32,000 nt of DNA from a cyanobacterium endosymbiont of Epithemia turgida isolate EtSB Lake Yunoko (GTDB lineage: Bacteria > Cyanobacteriota > Cyanobacteriia > Cyanobacteriales > Microcystaceae). The notes beneath the pieces were generated by a model that ran no database searches, was not told the origin of the DNA, and saw only the letters and a list, made by a program, of their open reading frames with translations. This document shows, piece after piece, positions 9,462 to 18,783 of the stretch. Position 1 is the first letter of the stretch, and each line of letters starts with the position of its first letter. The stretch lies in assembly GCF_000829235.1 (NCBI RefSeq), contig NZ_AP012549.1, positions 600,001-632,000 on the forward strand, in the 5' to 3' direction. Both the position numbers and the translations under genes were made by a program.

Positions 9462-9501
9462 ACTCCAAATACTTTATTTTATAAAATAAAGTATTTGGAG
9501 T
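9462..9501. repeat. 40-bp perfect palindrome, 126 nt downstream of sat
   Basis: The sequence actccaaatactttatttta / taaaataaagtatttggagt was checked base by base. It has 20+20 nt, no loop and no mismatch. Confidence 0.95.
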
Positions 9502-9821
9502 CTTGGTAACCTTACAAGGTTAAAAATTTTAACTTTTACTTATTATGATTTTGCCAGAAATAGTCTAAAACATTCATAATAATCTTCTACTAAGCCTTTC
9601 TTGCTCCTTATCTAATTCTTTTTGATTAAATAAACTATTTAGGTTGCATTAAACAAATAATTGATAGTTTGCAGTGGGAATCAACAACTATTTACCCTTA
9701 CTTTAATACTTGGAGTAGTTCATAAACTTGATATGATTAGCAACGGTTGGCTGTTTTAATAACAAAAAAATCAGACCTCTGCCAACTTGCAACTTTCAAC
9801 CTCTGACTTGACGAATCTATT

Positions 9822-11111
9822 TTGACTACCTCTACTCTATTCCGAAAAGTCCGATTATTAGATCCTTTCTCCAATACCGACACTATTGCTGATGTTTGGT
9901 TGGCTGAAGGAAAAATCCAAGCTATTAACTCCCATATTGACTTTTTGACCCCAGATACCACTGTCATTGAAGGACAAGGATTGATTTTAGGTCCGGGTTT
10001 GGTCGAGCTTTATAGTTATAGTGGCGAACCTGGATTTGAATACCGAGAAACCTTAGCTTCTCTTGCTGCTTCGGCGATTGCTGGAGGGTTTACCCGTTTA
10101 GCTATCTTACCTGACACAATCCCAGCCATTGATACGTTAGCTGTTCTATCTTTCTTACAACAAAAATCCCAAACCTTGCAAATATCCCCTAAGTTTTATT
10201 TTTGGGGAAATTTAACTATGGGAAGAAAAAAGAAAAGAATGACGGAACTAATAGAATTAGCAACAGGAGGAATTTTAGGATTTACTGATAGTCAGGGTAT
10301 AGAAAATTTGGGGTTGTTACGACGAATATTAGAGTATACTAAACCAATAGGGAAACCCGTAGCCTTAGTTCCTGAATGTCGCTCTCTTAAAGGAAATGGA
10401 GTGATGCGTGAAGGACCTCTATCGATTCATTATGGACTTGTAGGAAATCCCCAAATCAGTGAAACAACAGCTATTGCCGCTATTTTAGAGATGGTGAGTG
10501 TCATTAAGACTCCTGTACATCTTAGGGGAATCTCGACCCATCGGGGAGTGGAATTAGTTGCCCGAGGAAAAGAAAGAGGAATACCCGTAACTGCTAGTAC
10601 TTCTTGGCTTAACTTATTATTAGATACTCAAGATATCGCTAGTTATAATACTAACTTACGCTTAGAACCACCATTAGGCCATGTAAAAGACCGTCAAGCC
10701 CTTAAAAATGGAGTTAGACAAGGAATTATTGACGCAATTGCTGTTAATCATCGCTCTTATAGTTATGAAGAAAAAATAGTCCCTTTTGCACAAGCCCCTC
10801 CAGGAGCGATTGGGCTAGAATTAGCTTTACCATTATTATGGGAGAATCTAGTTGTTAGCGGAGAATTGAGTCCCCTACAGTTGTGGAGAGCTTTAAGCAA
10901 TAACCCTCAAAAATGTTTAGGAAAAGAGTTAACTCATCTAAAAGTGGGAGAACCAGCAGAATTAATTCTTTTTGATCCTCAAAAACTCTGGACAGTGGAC
11001 TCATCTCATCTTCACTGTTTAGGAAAAAATACTTCCTGGTGGGGTCGTGAAGTTAGAGGACGAGTCGTAATGTCGGTGAGATCGCTATCTCAAAAGTTTA
11101 ACGACCAATAG
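9822..11111 (+). CDS. dihydroorotase-like amidohydrolase, probably non-catalytic (PyrC-prime type)
   Basis: This is a 429-aa ORF that is collinear with type I dihydroorotases. However, the HxH metal site reads LYSYSGEPG, the HxxH.ST region reads VHLRGIST, and the DHAPH region reads VNHRSYS. Confidence 0.8.
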   Translation: MTTSTLFRKVRLLDPFSNTDTIADVWLAEGKIQAINSHIDFLTPDTTVIEGQGLILGPGLVELYSYSGEPGFEYRETLASLAASAIAGGFTRLAILPDTIPAIDTLAVLSFLQQKSQTLQISPKFYFWGNLTMGRKKKRMTELIELATGGILGFTDSQGIENLGLLRRILEYTKPIGKPVALVPECRSLKGNGVMREGPLSIHYGLVGNPQISETTAIAAILEMVSVIKTPVHLRGISTHRGVELVARGKERGIPVTASTSWLNLLLDTQDIASYNTNLRLEPPLGHVKDRQALKNGVRQGIIDAIAVNHRSYSYEEKIVPFAQAPPGAIGLELALPLLWENLVVSGELSPLQLWRALSNNPQKCLGKELTHLKVGEPAELILFDPQKLWTVDSSHLHCLGKNTSWWGREVRGRVVMSVRSLSQKFNDQ

Positions 11112-11383
11112 ATAACCTTCGCATACTACTGAGGTTGTCTAAAAGAACTTATGTAATAATAGATACTGGAAACACATAGCTATAACTGACAAATAACACA
11201 ATACACTGGTTAATGCTTCGCCTTATGTGAGCAAGTGTGATGCCGGTGTTAAAAGATATAAAGATAAATTGACAAATTATCCTAGTAGGTGTGGTGCAGA
11301 TCCTCATTTTGAAACCTGTTGCTTAGTTTTCGTTCTTTCTATTATCTGACCTATAACAGGATGGTTGGTATAAGCTAGTATCA

Positions 11384-12130
11384 TTGGGAATTTTCACGAA
11401 GGTGTATCGATTAGTTGTCGAATCTATTCAAAACCTAAATCAGAGGATAAGTCTAAATCCTGAACAACAGCATTATTTAAGGCGAGTTCTAAGATTAAAT
11501 GACGGCGCTCACTTTGTGGCAATGAACGGACAAGGTCAATCCTACTTAGCACAATTAACAGAAAATTCGGCTTATATTTTAGAGATTTTTAAGGAATTAA
11601 CAGAACTCCCCATTGCGGTTACTTTAATAATTGCTCTTCCTAAAGGCAACGGCTTTAATGAAATTGTTCGTTGTTGTACTGAATTAGGGGTAACGACCCT
11701 AATCCCAACCATTAGCCAGCGTACTTTGCTTAAACCCAGTTCTCACAAACTAGAAAGATGGCGTAAAATTGCTACTGAAGCGGCCGAACAGTCAGAACGT
11801 CAAATTGTTCCCACAATCATCGAACCTATACCGTTTGAAAAACTTTTAATAAGTGTAGACAAAACTGCTGCTGATCACTATATTTGTGCACCGCGTAGGA
11901 AAACAAAACACTTATTAACTTACTTGCCTAATTCCTCCCGAAAATCCATAGTGATTGCTACAGGATGCGAAGGAGGTTGGACACAAGAAGAAGTAGAAAA
12001 AGCTATTATTTCTGGATTTCAACCCGTTACCCTAGGTCGTCGTATTCTCCGGGCTATAACCGCTCCTATTGTTGCTTTATCCTTAGTAACTTCTGTTATT
12101 GAACGAGAGCTTATGACAATCGAAACATAG
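11384..12130 (+). CDS. rsmE: 16S rRNA (uracil1498-N3)-methyltransferase RsmE
   Basis: This is a 248-aa ORF with an RsmE-type C-terminus (ATGCEGGWTQEEV...LGRRILRAITAP). The track start is TTG 11384. GTG 11402 (MYRLVV...) is an equally plausible start. Confidence 0.88.
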   Translation: MGIFTKVYRLVVESIQNLNQRISLNPEQQHYLRRVLRLNDGAHFVAMNGQGQSYLAQLTENSAYILEIFKELTELPIAVTLIIALPKGNGFNEIVRCCTELGVTTLIPTISQRTLLKPSSHKLERWRKIATEAAEQSERQIVPTIIEPIPFEKLLISVDKTAADHYICAPRRKTKHLLTYLPNSSRKSIVIATGCEGGWTQEEVEKAIISGFQPVTLGRRILRAITAPIVALSLVTSVIERELMTIET

Positions 12131-13272
12131 TTTAGAAGATCTCTAAATTCTTAAAATTTATTAAAAAACTAATTTAACCTGAAATTCATCGTCAAAAGTT
12201 ATGATGTTGATCATTCTTCTCTTACTTTTCCCGCTCTGTTTTTCCTGCTATGCTCTCTAAAGTCTCTATCCTCGGGTTGCTCACTGAGGCTATCAATCAT
12301 CAAGATCGTACTACATCATACCCAAAAATATGCAAGTAGCCTTAGCTCGTCTACAATTACCTAGTCACTATTAAAGCTTATATTTAACAGAAGCTGAAAG
12401 GAAAACTTTATATATATACTTAACAATTCAAATAAGTATATATTCCTAATTTTATGGTTTTACTTAGAGATATTACCACTTCATAAGATATATCGAGTGC
12501 TATAAGTTGAATCACTGATTACTCAAATTTTTCTTAAATTAACCTAATTTATCAACGGTAAAAAATTACCGAATAATCCTAATATTTGGCTGATCTAAGA
12601 TGGATTAACTGGCAGAAGAAATATTTTTGATCTTTAGGGAATGTGCGAAAATAAAGTTACGCAAAAAATTGCAACGTAGAACTGAAACCCTAGACTGTGA
12701 TATATTTTGTGAGATTGAGTAATTTACGGATTGATGAGAGAGGAACAATTCATCATAGTTGGGTTCATTTGGTAAACTTAATAAGTGAGCAGTTATTTAA
12801 TAATAAAGTTCGGTTATAATTTCTCCTCTTTGGAGAATCATCTTTTAATTATTAAAAAATTTTTAAGTATATTCCTTATAAATGTAAACTCATTCCGTTG
12901 TAAAATACCTCTAGGAATGTAGTCTTTCAACTGTTTAATAGGTTAACCCCTTTTAAGGGTATATCCTGAAAATAAATTACTCGATTCAATGCTATGATGA
13001 GTTAGATAGCAGTAGTGACTTGAAGTTATTTCTTGGTCTTAACACGATGAGAAAAGAACAACTTTGAGATTTCTAGTGGAAAAAATTCAGAAATTCTTCA
13101 TCATCGCTCTAGAAAAATAGTGAAAAGCAGCTGAAAACTACCGACAGCTAGCACATACCTGTGAAGCAGTGAGGAGATAACCTTCTGGGATAAGACAGGG
13201 GTTAGATAACTTAATGTCTGATATTGCGTAGGTTTCACGAAGTATAATGGATAATGGACTATCCTAACAACT

Positions 13273-14022
13273 ATGAACGACAACGACCTTAGCGTAATCG
13301 AGACGACGGATCAGTTTAGTGAACCATTAGATTTCTTAGACTCTGCTAGTTCAGAACTGCCGCCTCCTAACCCAGAGTTAATATTACCCCTGTTAACCGA
13401 TCCAGAGCCATCACAACGGATGTTAGCAGCGCGTGTGTTCTGTGAACTGCAAGACCAACGGGCAATTGCTCCTCTGATTAACCTGTTGAAAGACATTTGT
13501 CCGTTAGTAAGGATTAGTGCGGCCTACGCCTTGGGAAAAAATACTAGCCCTGATGCAGTGGGGGCATTAATTGAAATATTAAAACAGGATTGGAATGGAT
13601 CTGTCCGTAAAGGTATTGTTTGGGCTTTAGGGAATGGAGGCGATCGCCGTGCATTAAATCCTCTAATTCATGCTGTTAAAACGGATATTTCAGCAGTACG
13701 TCTTTGGGCCGTTAGTAGTTTAGCCCAAATCGCTAAGCTAGAATACGAAGATCTCATAGCAACTATTGCCCCTTTAATTGAAGGGTTAAGACAGGACTGT
13801 ATGGCTGCAGTCCGTGGTAATTGTGCCTGGGCAATTGGTCAATTGTGTCGAGAGATACCTTCTAATATAGTTTATGCAACGGCAATAGATGCCTTAATTG
13901 AAGCATTAGCCAAAGATGAAGATTTAGGGGTTAAAGAGGATGCTAGAAATGCGTTACTTAAGGTTGGCGATCCTAGAGGACTGCAAATGATTGAAGAACT
14001 CGAACTTGAAGGACTGATTTAA
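13273..14022 (+). CDS. HEAT-repeat (PBS-lyase-like repeat) protein
   Basis: This is a 249-aa ORF with repeated helical units of the HEAT/PBS-lyase type (VRISAAYALGK, VRKGIVWALGN, VRLWAVSSLAQ, VRGNCAWAIGQ, EDARNALLKVGD). It contains the only full HIP1 site in the window (13640-13647). Confidence 0.8.
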   Translation: MNDNDLSVIETTDQFSEPLDFLDSASSELPPPNPELILPLLTDPEPSQRMLAARVFCELQDQRAIAPLINLLKDICPLVRISAAYALGKNTSPDAVGALIEILKQDWNGSVRKGIVWALGNGGDRRALNPLIHAVKTDISAVRLWAVSSLAQIAKLEYEDLIATIAPLIEGLRQDCMAAVRGNCAWAIGQLCREIPSNIVYATAIDALIEALAKDEDLGVKEDARNALLKVGDPRGLQMIEELELEGLI

Positions 14023-14155
14023 TTAATTTGAGTCGTCAGACGTAATAGGACAATAGTTAAGATCTCAGATTTATTAATATTTGTTAACATAAAATTATTG
14101 ATTATTTATCTATCCTAAAAGTGTAGTAGGAGAGTTCATAGTCAGACATCTTGCA

Positions 14156-14764
14156 ATGACAAAACCTTTGATTTTAGGCATTAGTGGCGCATCTGGGTTG
14201 ATTTATGCTGTTCGTGCTTTAAAGTTTCTGCTCGAAGCAGATGTTGTGGTTGAAGTAGTAGCTTCAAGAGCAACCTATATGGTATGGGAGGCTGAGCAAG
14301 GAACTAGCATACCTCTTGAACCTAAAAAACAAGCGGAATTTTGGCGAAATCAAGCAGAAGTATCCGAAAAAGGCAGACTTAACTGTCATCGTTGGGGAGA
14401 CTTAGGTGCAACCATTGCTAGTGGTTCTTTTCGGACGTTCGGAATGGTGATTTTACCATGTAGCATGAGTACAGTGGCTAAGTTAGCGATAGGATTAAGT
14501 TCAGATCTGCTTGAACGAGCAGCCGATGTTCACATCAAAGAGGGTCGTTCTTTAGTTATTGTTCCCCGCGAAACTCCTTTAAGTTTGATTCACCTTCGAA
14601 ATTTGACGACCTTAGCTGAAGCTGGGGTTAGGGTGGTTCCTGCCATTCCTGCTTGGTATCATCATCCTCAAACTATTGAAGACTTAGTAGATTTTGTGAT
14701 AGCTCGAACTTTAGATCAACTAGATATTGATGTTGTTCCTCTTACCCGTTGGCGAGGTCATTAG
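14156..14764 (+). CDS. ubiX: flavin prenyltransferase UbiX
   Basis: This is a 202-aa ORF of the UbiX/Pad1 family (LGISGASGLIYA, ILPCSMSTVAKLA, VIVPRETPLS). Confidence 0.92.
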   Translation: MTKPLILGISGASGLIYAVRALKFLLEADVVVEVVASRATYMVWEAEQGTSIPLEPKKQAEFWRNQAEVSEKGRLNCHRWGDLGATIASGSFRTFGMVILPCSMSTVAKLAIGLSSDLLERAADVHIKEGRSLVIVPRETPLSLIHLRNLTTLAEAGVRVVPAIPAWYHHPQTIEDLVDFVIARTLDQLDIDVVPLTRWRGH

Positions 14765-15247
14765 TGAGTTAAGGTCTTTATAGACAGAAGTATAGCTAAA
14801 AGTATAGTCAAAAAGTTTCCATTGAAATACTCAATATTGCAAAAAAACATTATAGTTTAGCTTTAAGCTTATTTGTTAGAACTTTCAAAGTTTTTATTTG
14901 AGCGGTTGGCAAGTTCTACCAGACCTTTACATAATATTGCTTTTATACTTTTATATAGAGCTAAGTAATAACGATGGGACATCAATGAAAATTTTTTAAA
15001 ACCTATGTTAACAATAACTTTTTAGACATTTTCTTTGGGCAAATAGAGACTCAAGCCTATGCTTAATCCTGTTGAATGATATTTTACTAAATAACCTGAA
15101 TGTGATTAGTTAACTTATACAGAAAACAAAGTGCGCATACGCATAGGAGATACTGCTTTTAGCAGTATCTTGTCAATTAGTTAATCTGGATAGTAATTTT
15201 TATGTTCTTCATTAGTCTAATCTACATATAGGAATTTTTTAAAAAAT

Positions 15248-15311
15248 AGAAGTCAATAAATTATTGACTAGTAAATAGTTAGATTTAGTAGTCAATAATT
15301 TATTGACTTCT
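15248..15311. repeat. inverted repeat with 23-bp perfect arms and an 18-nt spacer
   Basis: The left arm agaagtcaataaattattgacta (15248-15270) is the exact reverse complement of tagtcaataatttattgacttct (15289-15311). Each arm contains the internal palindrome tcaataaattattga. Confidence 0.9.
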
Positions 15312-16156
15312 TGTTAACTACAGAACGTTAAAAGTATTTAAATTTAACTTGTTATTTGAAACCTACAATAAAAACAAAGTTTAATAGTAAATCATAAGTC
15401 TATTTTTAAAAATATTATTATTGTATTCGTCATAGAGAACGTCAGCTTTCGTGTTAAAAATAAATCATACTTAACCTATATTAATAAATATGGGTTTAAA
15501 TTTTGTTTTTTTTGAAAAGAGTAGGCAATAGATGTATTTAATGAATTACATAATTACCAAAAATAAATATATATTACAATTTCCTCTAAGGTTAGCAAAA
15601 CTAGATCTGATTACTTTTTTAGAAAACTTTTAAGAAAAAGTTTGTATATATTGGAAAATATTTTTTTATCAAACCTAAATAACTTAGTTATTATAGATAC
15701 TTTGTTGGTAGTTAATAGCTTATAAAAATTAGTTTTTGTAAAAGATTTATTTATGAATTAAAATTTTACGTATTTTTTTATAAATTTACTTAAAGTTAAA
15801 TAAATTAGATAATAAAATATTAACTAATCCCAGGATTTATTAAAAATTTATAAATTATAAACTTACATATCTATTGATTTAGATCCGTAAGTTTATAGTA
15901 GCAGATTTAACTCTATCTAGTGAATATCTCTGTTACTATGTAGACTCGTAAGTACAGAGTTAATATTTCTAGGTTTAAATTCTTCTTGTTCTACTATAAG
16001 CCATCAAAATCAACTGGCTATCCCTCGTTCACGGTTGGGTTGAGTGTCATATTTTTGTCACATGCTTGTAACATTTTTTATCTACAATGAAGTATCCCTG
16101 TCATTACTTAGTTTTGACATAGACAAGATTAATAATAACAATATCGGAAGCTATTT

Positions 16157-16969
16157 ATGACTGATCTAGTTCAACAACTCAACATTATTAATGAACTTGC
16201 TGATGTTTCAGGAAAAGTTATTAACCAATATTTTAGAAAACCTAATATTGAGACTGAAACAAAAAACTCTGACCGCTCTTCTATTGTCACTATTGCTGAT
16301 CGCGCTGCTGAAGAAGCAATGGTCGAAATTTTGCGGCAAAGAGCCTCACTTGATGGGATAATTCGAGAAGAAGGGGATAATATTCCCTCCCAAAATGGTC
16401 GTTATTGGGTACTTGATCCCATTGATGGAACCTCATCTTTTGTCAAAGGATTACCTATATTTGGGACATTAATAGGGTTAGTAGATCAGACTTATAACGT
16501 TCCTCTACTGGGTTGTATGAATCAACCTATTTTACAGAAAAGATGGCTGGGAATACATGGAGAACCACCTACTTTGAATGGAAGACTGGTCAAAAATTTA
16601 TACGGGAAACTAACTGATAGTCACTTAGAAGACGCCTGTCTAGCCTCAACGACTCCCATGATGTTCGTCACTAAAAGACAACAAATGATTGCGGCTAAAT
16701 TACAAGATGTTTGTAAACGAATAGCTTTTGGAGGAGACTGTTACAACTATGTATCGCTAGCCAGTGGATGGAGTTCTATACCAATGGTCATCCTAGAATC
16801 GGATCTTAAGTACTACGATTTTTGTGCTTTAATTCCCATTATTGAAGGAGCTGGATGTATTATAACTGACTGGTCAGGAAATCCACTTAATCGTCAATCG
16901 ACAGAGGTTTTGGCGGCCTCTAACAAAACGTTACATGAACAAGCTTTAGCGGTCATAAATTGTCAATAA
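16157..16969 (+). CDS. inositol monophosphatase-family phosphatase (HisN-like histidinol-phosphatase candidate)
   Basis: This is a 270-aa ORF with the IMPase motif WVLDPIDGTSSFVKGLPIFGTLIGL and a C-terminal GGDCYNY...LESDLKYYD region. Confidence 0.85.
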   Translation: MTDLVQQLNIINELADVSGKVINQYFRKPNIETETKNSDRSSIVTIADRAAEEAMVEILRQRASLDGIIREEGDNIPSQNGRYWVLDPIDGTSSFVKGLPIFGTLIGLVDQTYNVPLLGCMNQPILQKRWLGIHGEPPTLNGRLVKNLYGKLTDSHLEDACLASTTPMMFVTKRQQMIAAKLQDVCKRIAFGGDCYNYVSLASGWSSIPMVILESDLKYYDFCALIPIIEGAGCIITDWSGNPLNRQSTEVLAASNKTLHEQALAVINCQ

Positions 16970-17028
16970 TAAAGCCTTCAATTTAATTTAAAATCTACCT
17001 GACTATCTTCTATATAAAGACATAGTAG

Positions 17029-17656
17029 TTAAGACCTGACATAACCGGCGGCGAGAATTACTCACATAAAATAGCGTTGTTGTAGAGCAAAATACCATTA
17101 ACAGCACATTCATGGTAATAAATAATCATGCTGTAAGCTGCTGTAAATAAATACTAATTATGACCGCGAGAACCTACTATATTATTTAGTTGAATGGTAA
17201 CAGTGGCAACATCAGGAGTTCTACCAAGATAGACTAAATCGTTCCAAACCCAAAGCTATTGAAATGAAACACGGTAAAAGAGACTAAGTCCTGCATAGAA
17301 AAGGGAACAATAAGTTTAGTGAAAATTTTGAGATGAGATGCCCCATCAACCTTAGCTGTTTCTATCAGATCCTTAAGTAATGCCCCAATATAGTTGCGTA
17401 ACAAATAAATACCGAGGAGTAACCCATAACCAGTATGTGATAACCAGATCCCTAAAAAAGTATTAGACAAACCGAAGTATAGATATATTTACAAAATGGG
17501 AATAAGAGTTGTTTGTAGAGAAATCACTAATAAAAAGACCACAATAATAAACAAAAATTGTTGTTGAGATAATTCCATCCAGGCAAAAATATAAGCAGCG
17601 AAAGCGCTGATAGCGAGAGTAATTACAGTTGCAGTAATTGAAATTGTTAAACTTTT
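17029..17656 (-). pseudogene. decayed MalG/UgpE-type (CUT1) sugar ABC transporter permease, lacking its N-terminal third
   Basis: Minus-strand translation gives KSLTISITATVITLAISAFAAYIFAWMELSQQQFLFIIVVFLLVISLQTTLIPIL*IYLYFGLSNTFLGIWLSHTGYGLLLGIYLLRNYIGALLKDLIETAKVDGASHLKIFTKLIVPFSMQDLVSF. After a frameshift it continues VWNDLVYLGRTPDVATVTIQLNNIVGSRGHN*YLFTAAYSMII, and after another it continues WYFALQQRYFM*VILAAGYVRS*. There is an in-frame TAA at 17489-17491. Confidence 0.8.
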
Positions 17657-18006
17657 TTAAAATGCCTATCCCATCCCCTAAGATTGAATCACGTCTATCT
17701 AGATTTAACCATGTCTTAGGATAAACGTCTTGTAATTGTTCAGGGGTCATGAAGTTTGTCAGGGGAATCAATTTTCTTTCTCTAGCAAAATCGGACATAA
17801 ACCCTGGTTGGGGAAACATAGCTAAGTCTGGGGTATTTGCTGAATCAACACGAATGGGTAAGGTAGGAGCAAAAGTATCTATCCCTTCATATACCACTTC
17901 AATTTCAATACCTGTTTATTCGGTGAAAGGGGCTAACACTTGTTCAAGTTTTTCTTTTCGATTGATTCAGGGGTTGACAACTTACCAAAAGAGAAACCCT
18001 GATTAA
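17657..18006 (-). pseudogene. N-terminal fragment of the cognate extracellular solute-binding protein, fused by deletion to the permease remnant
   Basis: Minus-strand translation gives INRKEKLEQVLAPFTE*TGIEIEVVYEGIDTFAPTLPIRVDSANTPDLAMFPQPGFMSDFARERKLIPLTNFMTPEQLQDVYPKTWLNL, with an in-frame TAA. This is the typical N-terminal part of a sugar SBP. A weak signal-peptide-like stretch LLLFLTILILF may extend it to about 18100. The track ORF 17463..17897 is a chimera of this fragment and out-of-frame permease sequence. Confidence 0.7.
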
Positions 18007-18783
18007 TAAGGAAGAAAGTGTAGCTGTCTTAAAAGATTGTTTAAAATTTTTTTAGTAGCTAATCAAACAGAATCAATATTGTCAAAAAGAGGAGCAGAGG
18101 TTTTAAGTAAATTTTAAACTGCAAAAATACAAGAAGTGATAAGGTGATAATATATTATTTTATATGCGTTATTATAGTTATATATATCAATATATACAGT
18201 TGCTTTATAGGGTTAGTAGCCAATAATATTTTTCTCATTACTAAGAGATTAATGTAGTTAATAAATACATATTTAGCCATTTTATTTTAGCTTTTAAGAT
18301 TTAATTTGACAAAGCTTCTCTCATCAGTTAGTAATTAGGTTTTCTTGGACATTAATCTAGAATAATTTTATAATTTATTTTAATAAAATTTTACGTTTTT
18401 CATAAAAAATATTTATTTAATATGTTATTTAATTCTATGTTTTTCGATAATTTTATATATTAATAGCTATACAATGTTTCCTTTTACTCTAATAAATATA
18501 GATATTCCAGTGGATATGTCTGCCGTAAATATTTTTTAATAAGAACGATGAAAGTTATCTACGTCAAAAAATTGTATATTGCATTCTACCGTCATGATCA
18601 TGAGCGTAACTACGATAAGTACAACATAAAGTGTAAGTTATTATAGATTTATAGATTCTTTAATTTTATAAAAACATGTTAGGATAATTCGTGAACTTTG
18701 TTTTACATTCGACTTTAGTATTCAGTTAAAATCAATAAGTTGTTCTCAAGTTCTAACATAAACTAAAGTATCATTAACAAAAT

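Noticed and set aside
9737-9967. A 76-aa minus ORF overlaps the start of the dihydroorotase-like gene. The 61-aa minus ORF 13311..13496 and the 60-aa minus ORF 13101..13283 around the HEAT gene start are similar cases.
   Set aside because: They overlap better-supported plus-strand genes or run through spacer, and they have no recognisable motifs or ribosome-binding sites.
13243-13248. A TATAAT hexamer lies 25 nt upstream of the HEAT-repeat gene start and could be a promoter.
   Set aside because: There is no acceptable -35 element at 16-18 nt spacing. TATAAT-like hexamers are abundant in this AT-rich DNA.
13640-13647. A HIP1 octamer GCGATCGC is present.
   Set aside because: There is only one complete copy in 32 kb. 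It is useful as a weak cyanobacterial hallmark but is not a feature in itself.
17749-18006. An 85-aa plus-strand ORF.
   Set aside because: It is antisense to the solute-binding-protein pseudogene fragment, whose minus-strand translation is clearly homologous to sugar SBPs.
18548-18646. A 32-aa plus-strand ORF (MKVIYVKKLYIAFYRHDHERNYDKYNIKCKLL) lies in the spacer upstream of gatB.
   Set aside because: It has no recognisable family, no Shine-Dalgarno sequence and is short. I cannot distinguish it from chance.
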